Below are positions 18,103 through 24,830 of a stretch of 64,000 nt of DNA, in pieces. The stretch comes from an uncultured Bacteroidota bacterium (GTDB taxonomy: Bacteria; Bacteroidota; Ignavibacteria; UBA10030; UBA6906): the NCBI GenBank assembly GCA_963700635.1, contig CAVOYH010000003.1:1152001-1216000 (forward strand), in the 5' to 3' direction. The notes beneath the pieces are model-generated. The model saw nothing but the letters and a program-made list of their open reading frames with translations. It was not told the DNA's origin and made no database searches. Position 1 is the first letter of the stretch. Each line of letters starts with the position of its first letter. The translations under genes and the position numbers were made by a program.

Positions 18103-19048
18103 TTATGTCGTGGTCAATTTATGAAAGACTTCTTCAAGCGTGGTGATCTCGCGGTGCATCTCCAGCAGAATCCAGTTGTTCCGGACGGCAAGATGGAAGA
18201 TCGCCTCCCGGATGTCAGCGCCCTTGTCGGCATGGATTTCATACCGGCTTGTTTGACCGGTGTGGCTCAGAAGAGTTACCCCGCTCACGGCCGGTAACGT
18301 CCGGAGCGCAGGCGCGATGGTCTGGAGCGGATCACCGCTGTCTGCACTAAGCTCTACGGTGAGAGTCTCCGCACCGTGAAACTCGTGCTGCAGATGTTTC
18401 GGGGTGCCATCTGCGACGATCGTTCCTTCATTAATAATCAGAACACGATCACAGGTGGCCTGAACCTCCGAAAGAATATGGGTAGAGAGGATGACCGTCT
18501 TGGCCTGACCGAGTTCCTTGATGAGATTGCGGATTTCCACGATCTGATTCGGATCCAGGCCGCTTGTAGGTTCGTCCAGGATGAGCACTTCCGGATCATG
18601 GATCATTGCCTGGGCAAGTCCGACACGTTGACGGAATCCCTTGGACATCTCGCCGATATCTTTGTGCCGGACCGTTTCAAGGCCGCAGACTTTGACCATT
18701 TCCTTGATCCGGTGGCCGATGGCTCCCTTGCGGAGGCCGTGGAGCTGAGCCGAGTATTCAAGGTAGTCCAGCACATTCATGTCATGGTACAGCGGATTCA
18801 TTTCCGGGAGATAGCCAATTTTTCTGCGGACGTCCAGGGAATGTTGATCGATGCTGAGTCCGTCCACCTCCACGCTCCCTGTGTCGGGAGGCATGTAGCA
18901 GGTGAGGATTTTCATGGTGGTGGTCTTTCCCGGCCCCGTTCGGACCGAGAAAGCCGAGGATTTCGCCGGTGTTGACATCGAAAGAGATATCATTCACCGC
19001 TTTCTGCTCACCATACGATTTTGTGAGATTTCGCGCTGAGATGGACAT
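18103..19048 (-). CDS. gldA: GldA-like ABC ATPase, split by a 1-nt insertion in Walker A near 18926-18928
   Basis: GFLGPNGAGK in one frame; TTTMKIL, SKGFRQRVG and LDEPT in the other; deleting one A restores GKTTT. Confidence 0.9.
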
Positions 19049-19100
19049 AGGTTGTGTGGGGTTGTTACGGATATTCGGAAAGAGGACGTTGTGCTGCCGT

Positions 19101-19129
19101 AATGTACGAAGTTGGAAAGAATCCCGCAA
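19101..19129 (-). promoter_or_regulatory. Putative sigma70 promoter for gld operon
   Basis: TTGCGG-17-TACATT on minus strand. Confidence 0.5.
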
Positions 19130-19141
19130 GAGATCCGGGTC

Positions 19142-19170
19142 TTGAGGTTCATGGCTTGAATTGGTATACT
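19142..19170 (+). promoter_or_regulatory. Putative sigma70 promoter for groES paralog
   Basis: TTGAGG-17-TATACT with extended -10 TG. Confidence 0.6.
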
Positions 19171-19204
19171 ACAAACAGTACACAAGCAAACGAGGATAAG
19201 CAGG

Positions 19205-19576
19205 ATGATTCGAGTGAAAAAAGAACTCATCGTCGTTGGCGACCGTGTCCTGCTTTCTCTTGACGAGGGGCTGGACAAAACGAAATCCGGTCTTTACCTG
19301 CCGGCATCGGTCCGGGAAAAAGAGAAGGTGGCAAGCGGGCGGGTGGTCCGGGTGGGTCCCGGGTATCCCATACCGAACCCAAACTACACGGAAGACGAAC
19401 CCTGGGCGACAAACCGGGAGCCGATGCGTTACATTCCCCTCCAGGCCCGGGAAGGAGACTACGCGGTATTCCTGAGAGAACAGGGAATTGAAGTTGAATT
19501 CGAAGAGATCAAGTACCTGATTGTGCCTCAGTCGGCCGTGCTGATGCTCATGCGAAGCGAGTTACACGAGGAATAG
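19205..19576 (+). CDS. Orphan GroES/Cpn10-family co-chaperonin
   Basis: GDRVL, KTKSGLYLP, GRVVRVGPG; no adjacent groEL. Confidence 0.88.
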   Translation: MIRVKKELIVVGDRVLLSLDEGLDKTKSGLYLPASVREKEKVASGRVVRVGPGYPIPNPNYTEDEPWATNREPMRYIPLQAREGDYAVFLREQGIEVEFEEIKYLIVPQSAVLMLMRSELHEE

Positions 19577-19690
19577 TCAAAGAGGAAAAAAATACCTCTT
19601 CTCCATTGTATCCGTGGAGGAATTACAACACTGTATTGAATACTGGGCAGCAGACCTCCCTCAAATTCCCTCTAATCGCCACTTCCTGTC

Positions 19691-19706
19691 TGGCACACAA
19701 TTCGCT
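19691..19706 (+). promoter_or_regulatory. Sigma54 -24/-12 promoter
   Basis: TGGCAC-ACAAT-TCGCT; GG-N10-GC spacing exact. Confidence 0.6.
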
Positions 19707-19763
19707 GTAACCCCTCTCAAGAAACGGATAGCATGATAAGTGATCGGTACACGAGGATCGAAC

Positions 19764-19913
19764 ATGAGAATCCGGTACTTTTTTGAGAGACTATCAAGCG
19801 AAGAACGAGCAGCGCTCGAGGCGATTCTCCTGGAGGAAGTGGAAATCCAGAGCTGGTACGCTGTATCCGTGAGCATCCTGATGGGCGGAGAGATCTTCTT
19901 CACTGTGCAATAA
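19764..19913 (+). CDS. Unannotated 49-aa small protein MRIRYFFERLSSEERAALEAILLEEVEIQSWYAVSVSILMGGEIFFTVQ
   Basis: ATG with GAGG upstream, sigma54 motif upstream, terminator downstream; below the ORF-track length cutoff. Confidence 0.6.
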   Translation: MRIRYFFERLSSEERAALEAILLEEVEIQSWYAVSVSILMGGEIFFTVQ

Positions 19914-19936
19914 CCGGTTTTGACGGGCCGGTACCG

Positions 19937-19970
19937 GAGCCCTCGTGGTGGGAAGGGGGCTCTTCTTTTT
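19937..19970 (+). terminator. Intrinsic terminator
   Basis: GAGCCC...GGGCTC stem followed by TTCTTTTT. Confidence 0.65.
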
Positions 19971-19973
19971 GTA

Positions 19974-20002
19974 TTGACCTTCGTTTCTGAAAATCCTATC
20001 TT
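19974..20002 (+). promoter_or_regulatory. Putative sigma70 promoter for csp
   Basis: TTGACC-17-TATCTT, implying a leader of about 215 nt. Confidence 0.55.
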
Positions 20003-20223
20003 ACTGCCGCAAATAACTGTACACCGTTTTTTGCGCCCTTTAATGGTTCCGTTGCTGCAAGGGATGTTCTCCTGGTCGTTCAGCACGCGCTTGTCACAGC
20101 GGAGAGAGCGAGGCCTGGCACCCCGCTACCCGACCTGAGAGCTATTAAGAGGCAAAAAACCAGGTGCCCGTCACGGGCGGCGTTGCCGTACGCATACCAG
20201 GAACATCTGTAAGGAGACCTCCC

Positions 20224-20424
20224 ATGGAAAAGGGAGTCGTCAAATGGTTTAACGGAGCCAAGGGTTTCGGCTTCATCAAGCGCGAAACCGGGGAAGACGT
20301 GTTTGTGCACTACAAGGCCATCGTCGGTGAGGGGTATAAGACCCTTAACGAGGGTGACCGGGTAGAGTTTGACGTCGAGAAAGGGCCCAAAGGACTTCAG
20401 GCGCTGCGCGTCTCGAAGATCTAA
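20224..20424 (+). CDS. cspA: Cold-shock protein
   Basis: [25 protein letters not shown]; AAGGAG SD. Confidence 0.96.
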   Translation: MEKGVVKWFNGAKGFGFIKRETGEDVFVHYKAIVGEGYKTLNEGDRVEFDVEKGPKGLQALRVSKI

Positions 20425-20451
20425 CCACCTGGTACTCAGTCGATCTCTAAG

Positions 20452-20480
20452 AGCCCCGGCCCACGCGCCGGGGTTTTTTT
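20452..20480 (+). terminator. Intrinsic terminator
   Basis: CCCCGGC/GCCGGGG stem followed by T7. Confidence 0.88.
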
Positions 20481-20496
20481 GTTGCAGGAGAATACT

Positions 20497-21267
20497 ATGA
20501 CCGTCCGGCTTTCACTCGTGTATGATATCGCCACTCTCTCTTCCGTGGAAGAGTCCGGCGGTGTTGTCCTTCTTCCCGAACTTGTGGACGGGGGGTACGA
20601 AGCGTTGCGGAGGGGGGAAGGAGTTCACATCCCCGGAGATCCGACGCTCCGTTTCTTTCGCACCCGATCACGTCTTTCAAAGGCCACCATCATTGCAGGA
20701 TCGGTTGCGCTCCGTGATGGGAAGGGCGGCGCGACCAACAGCTCGCTGGTGTACCAGCGTGGCCGGTTCATGCACCGCTATGACAAGATCCATCTGTTCC
20801 GGCCGGCTGATGAATTTCGACTTTTCCGGCCGGGGAGGAAGTTCAGTTCATTTCTGATCGGCGCATCCGGCGCCAGGTTCCGTGCTGCCGTGATTATCTG
20901 TTACGATCTGCGGTTTCCAGAGCTGACACGTTTTCTCGCCCGCGATGGGGTTGAGGTGCTGTGTGTGCCCGCTCGCTGGCCTGCCGTGCGCGACGAGGCA
21001 TGGCAGAGCCTGCTCAAGGCACGCGCAATCGAGAACCAGATGTTCGTTGTGGGGTGTAATGCACTCGGTAACGAAGGAGGGTACTCGTACGTATTCGACC
21101 CGGCCGGAACACTGATCTTTACAAACAGAACACAGCCGGAGCTTCTGCACCATGTCGTGGAACTGGATATATCGCTGCTGCGGGAAATGCGTTCGCGGAT
21201 GAAGTATGTGGATGACGCGGTGATACTCAGCCGGCTAACGTTTCCGCGGGGTTTTGGGATCCGCTGA
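20497..21267 (+). CDS. Carbon-nitrogen hydrolase (nitrilase family)
   Basis: E-K-C triad: LPEL, YDKIHLF, ICYDLRFPE; ARAIENQ. Confidence 0.9.
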   Translation: MTVRLSLVYDIATLSSVEESGGVVLLPELVDGGYEALRRGEGVHIPGDPTLRFFRTRSRLSKATIIAGSVALRDGKGGATNSSLVYQRGRFMHRYDKIHLFRPADEFRLFRPGRKFSSFLIGASGARFRAAVIICYDLRFPELTRFLARDGVEVLCVPARWPAVRDEAWQSLLKARAIENQMFVVGCNALGNEGGYSYVFDPAGTLIFTNRTQPELLHHVVELDISLLREMRSRMKYVDDAVILSRLTFPRGFGIR

Positions 21268-21302
21268 ACGAGCCGGCCGGCGAAACGTACCGGTCATGAG
21301 CC

Positions 21303-21722
21303 TCACTTCCCCGGCCGCCTGCGCCTCCCCGGCATGGTGAACTCCCTGCTGGCAACGGTGTGTATCCCGCCACGGATACGATAGTCAGCAGAGACTTTCA
21401 TCCACTTGGGCTTCGCGCACCTCTTCAGGTCGTCCAGTATCCTGTTGACGACATGTTCCTGATAGATTCCCACGTTGCGATAACTCAAAAGATAGTATTT
21501 GAGCGACCGCAATTCGATACATACCTTTCCAGGGATGTAATCGATCCGGAGGGATGCAAAATCGGGGAGGCCGGACCAGGGGCAGACAGCCGTGAACTCG
21601 TCGGTTTCGATCGTCATTGTGATGTCCTTCCCGCGGTACTCATAGGGAAATGTCTCGAGTGCGGTGACATCGATTGCCGAAAGATCCTGCACATCGTACC
21701 GGCGGTCAAGTGGTTGAGCCAT
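21303..21722 (-). CDS. queF: PreQ0 reductase QueF
   Basis: EFTAVCPWSGLPDF, ELRSLKYYL, RGGI. Confidence 0.95.
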   Translation of the reverse strand: MAQPLDRRYDVQDLSAIDVTALETFPYEYRGKDITMTIETDEFTAVCPWSGLPDFASLRIDYIPGKVCIELRSLKYYLLSYRNVGIYQEHVVNRILDDLKRCAKPKWMKVSADYRIRGGIHTVASREFTMPGRRRRPGK

Positions 21723-21814
21723 AAGTTCTGCTGCCCTTGTCTATCCCTGTATATGTGTGTAAATTATCATCAATATAGCGCATTCAGGTCGAAATGCAAC
21801 TGAAGGAGTAGAGC

Positions 21815-22300
21815 ATGAAACGTTTTCTGGCCGGCTGGCTGGTCGGTCTTCTGATCTGTGCCGGGTGTGGCTCCGGCCCCGTGATACGGGAGGAGTCGTT
21901 TCCCCTGGGGAAGATCACTCGCGCGGATCTTTCGGAGAGCTGGTTGTCAGCCTACGATCAGCCACCCATCGAACCACCCTTCCTCGAAATGATCCGTCAG
22001 GCAAAAGAAGGAGTCGAAGTGCTGGTGTTCCTCGGTACGTGGTGTTCAGACAGCAAACGCGATGTGCCGCGATTCTTGCGCATTGCCGACGGTGTTGGGA
22101 TGGGTCCGGACTGTTATACACTGTATTCGCTTGACCTAAAGAAGACCAGTCCCGGAGGATTGGAGCAAAAGTACATGATTACGCTGGTTCCTACGTTCGT
22201 GTTCCTTCGTGACGGCAAGGAGATCGGACGGATTGTCGAATTGCCCCGTTCCACGCTGGAGGGGGACATTTTGAGCATCCTGGCCTCAGCCAATTCGTAG
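21815..22300 (+). CDS. Thioredoxin-like lipoprotein (CxxS)
   Basis: Lipobox CAGC, GTWCSDS, VPTF...EIGRIVE. Confidence 0.85.
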   Translation: MKRFLAGWLVGLLICAGCGSGPVIREESFPLGKITRADLSESWLSAYDQPPIEPPFLEMIRQAKEGVEVLVFLGTWCSDSKRDVPRFLRIADGVGMGPDCYTLYSLDLKKTSPGGLEQKYMITLVPTFVFLRDGKEIGRIVELPRSTLEGDILSILASANS

Positions 22301-22317
22301 GCATAATGCCTGATTTG

Positions 22318-22346
22318 TTGACATTCTTGAGTGATTTGGATATATT
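22318..22346 (+). promoter_or_regulatory. Sigma70 promoter
   Basis: TTGACA-17-TATATT, ending 9 nt before ATG 22356. Confidence 0.7.
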
Positions 22347-22355
22347 TTTTGCGCA

Positions 22356-24800
22356 ATGGTGCATGATGATCCAAACAAGCAACACGATGAGGACCGCGAG
22401 CGGCTGCTGGATGAAATCCGGCGCCGCGCTGAGGAAGCGGAATTAAGACGCATCGAAGATGAGGATCGCTCGACCGGAATGAGTTCCGAGCGTCCTCAGG
22501 ATGACGAGGCGTCGTCGCCATTTCCTACTCTTCCACCGCCGTTTCCATCCTCTCCCTCCTACGAAGTCCAGAAGGCGCAACGTGGCATGGTTCTGCGTGA
22601 ACGGCTTTCGATCGCGCTGGACAGAAGAAACCTCGACAATGCCCGGGAGTTGTTTGCGGAGCTGGAGCTGCTTGATCCGTTTGATCCGGATCTTAATGAA
22701 TTTCGCGCCCGGCTGACGCAGGTGGAGGAAATGGCGAGTGAGCCTGAATCCGAGGTGCCGCCGCCCGTACCGGAGCCTCCTCCCTCTCCCCCGCCACCAC
22801 CGCCGGTCTTTCCTCCGTCGCAGGTTGAAGAGGACGAGCGGACGGCATTGTACGACGATGCGGTTTCGTTATATGAAAAGGAAAAATACGAACAGGCACT
22901 TGCGAAGCTCGACCGATTTCTGTTGATGGACAGTGCGAATGAAGACGCGCTGGCACTACATCAACAGATTGAGCGTGCCTGGCGGCTCGCCGAGCTTATC
23001 AAGAAAGAAGAAGAGAGACACCGGGCTGAAAACCCGACGCCTGTTCCGGTTGAAGCGCCGAAGGTCCCGCAGAGCGGGAAGGATTCTGATTTCTGGGGCC
23101 CCACCGAGACAAAAGAAGGTGGTGACGACGCATTTATTGCCGCGCATAGCCCCACGGTGGCACACCCCCCGAAACCTCCGTTGCTTGATCAGATTGTGGC
23201 GCGCATTTCGAAGATCCGCATTCCGGTCAAACCCGTACTCACCGTGCTCGGCATCGTCACCGTGGCGGTGGTTGGATATCTGGTTGTGGACGCCGTGGTG
23301 AATGCTGTGGTGCCGCCGGACAGGATCATTTGTGTTTTCCCCCCCGAGCTCACGGAGGGTGGGGCAGGGGATCGGGAATGGGTTGATGCATTTGCCGGTG
23401 ACCTGATCAGAGATCTCGGGAGTGTGCCCGCCATACAGGTTGTGGCTGCTCAGACGTCGTTTGCCACCCGTCAACGCTCAATCCGGCCCATCCGGATGGC
23501 GCAGTTGTTCGGCGCGGGCCATTTTCTTCTCTGGACGGCGGCAATACGTGGGGATACTTTTTCCAGCACGTTTACGTTGATGGACACGCTTCAGGCAACC
23601 GCCATCTGGAAATCGACAGTAGAATATCCGATTCGGGAACTGCCGCAACGCCGCCTCGAGCTTGCCAGAAATATCCTCCGGGCGATGGAGGTGGAGATCC
23701 CCAGGCCCGATCACCCGCTTACGAGGACACTTTCTGCCTCCTCCCGGGCGGGGTACGGATCGTACTTGCAGGGACGCGCAGCTCTCCAGTCCGGTGCTCC
23801 CGATGCCATCGGTCAAGCCATGCGAGCCTTTGAGCATGCTGTGCTTGAAGATTCATCTGATGGTGATGCCTGGGCTGCGCTCGGGTGGACGTATGTTCTG
23901 GCAAGTGAAAGCACACCTGTTCCTGTCCGGACACGTCTTCCTGTGGCGCTTGCCTGTGTCGAGCGGGCTCTGAATCTCGGCGCGCAGAAATCGGAACCGT
24001 TTCGCGCCTGGGGACTTGTGGAGATGATGAGCGGCAATTATGCCAAAGCTGCCGAGCGTCTCCATGATGCGGTGAATGCTTCGCCGAGCGATGCGGAAGC
24101 CCTCCGCCGTCTGGCTCTTGTGCTTACATTACGGGGTCTCACCGATGAGGCCCTCCACGCGGCCCGCACCGCGGTAGAAGTGGATCCTCTGAATGCGGCC
24201 TCGCACGTGACGGCAGGTCTCGTCCGTCAATTTCGCGGCGAGTTTGCCGAAGCAGAGGCCGCATACCGGCGAGCGCTTACAGAAGACCGTGAACATCCCG
24301 ACGCGCTGGAATTACACGCCGAGGTGCTGGTGTACCTGCAACGTGCCGATGACGCTCTGGCCGGCGTGAGCGACATCGCTGCCCGTCTCCGGACTGATCC
24401 AGCGGCATACTACCGGCTCGGCAGAATAGCCCAGACCGCCGGCCGACCAAAACAGGAGTGGATGGCAGCATTTGAACGCGCGCGCGGACTGCTTGAAGAG
24501 CAACTACGCGTCAAACCTGACAGCGCCCTTGCGCTCTCGCTGCTCGCGCTGACAGAAACACGGCTCGGGGCGTTTCGCAATGCGATCGCCGCACAAACAA
24601 AGGCGATCACACTGGCTCCCCGTGACATCCGCATCGTGTACAACACGGCCCGGATGTATGCGTTACAACGGGACAAACAAGCTGCCATGGCATACCTATC
24701 GCAGGCAATTGACCTCCGGTACGACCTTCGGAAGATCGTGGATATGGACCTGTTTAATCTTCGCACCGACGCGGAATTTTTGCGTTCGGTAACGCGGTAG
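22356..24800 (+). CDS. Single-TM protein: Pro-rich/TPR N-terminus, TolB-N-like domain, long TPR array
   Basis: TM VLTVLGIVTVAVVGYLVV; ICVFP...DLIRDL...IQVVA..TSF; multiple TPRs; terminal YNTARMYA...DLFNLR. Confidence 0.8.
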   Translation: MVHDDPNKQHDEDRERLLDEIRRRAEEAELRRIEDEDRSTGMSSERPQDDEASSPFPTLPPPFPSSPSYEVQKAQRGMVLRERLSIALDRRNLDNARELFAELELLDPFDPDLNEFRARLTQVEEMASEPESEVPPPVPEPPPSPPPPPPVFPPSQVEEDERTALYDDAVSLYEKEKYEQALAKLDRFLLMDSANEDALALHQQIERAWRLAELIKKEEERHRAENPTPVPVEAPKVPQSGKDSDFWGPTETKEGGDDAFIAAHSPTVAHPPKPPLLDQIVARISKIRIPVKPVLTVLGIVTVAVVGYLVVDAVVNAVVPPDRIICVFPPELTEGGAGDREWVDAFAGDLIRDLGSVPAIQVVAAQTSFATRQRSIRPIRMAQLFGAGHFLLWTAAIRGDTFSSTFTLMDTLQATAIWKSTVEYPIRELPQRRLELARNILRAMEVEIPRPDHPLTRTLSASSRAGYGSYLQGRAALQSGAPDAIGQAMRAFEHAVLEDSSDGDAWAALGWTYVLASESTPVPVRTRLPVALACVERALNLGAQKSEPFRAWGLVEMMSGNYAKAAERLHDAVNASPSDAEALRRLALVLTLRGLTDEALHAARTAVEVDPLNAASHVTAGLVRQFRGEFAEAEAAYRRALTEDREHPDALELHAEVLVYLQRADDALAGVSDIAARLRTDPAAYYRLGRIAQTAGRPKQEWMAAFERARGLLEEQLRVKPDSALALSLLALTETRLGAFRNAIAAQTKAITLAPRDIRIVYNTARMYALQRDKQAAMAYLSQAIDLRYDLRKIVDMDLFNLRTDAEFLRSVTR

Positions 24801-24830
24801 GGTGAGCTACCGCACCAAGGAGTACACTTC

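Noticed and set aside
10072-18932. General programmed +1 frameshifting at GGG-AAA-G
   Set aside because: The same in-frame context occurs in at least four intact genes in the window; retained only as low-interest read-check items.
21723-21800. preQ1 riboswitch upstream of queF
   Set aside because: Short leader lacking the preQ1 stem-loop and A-rich tail.
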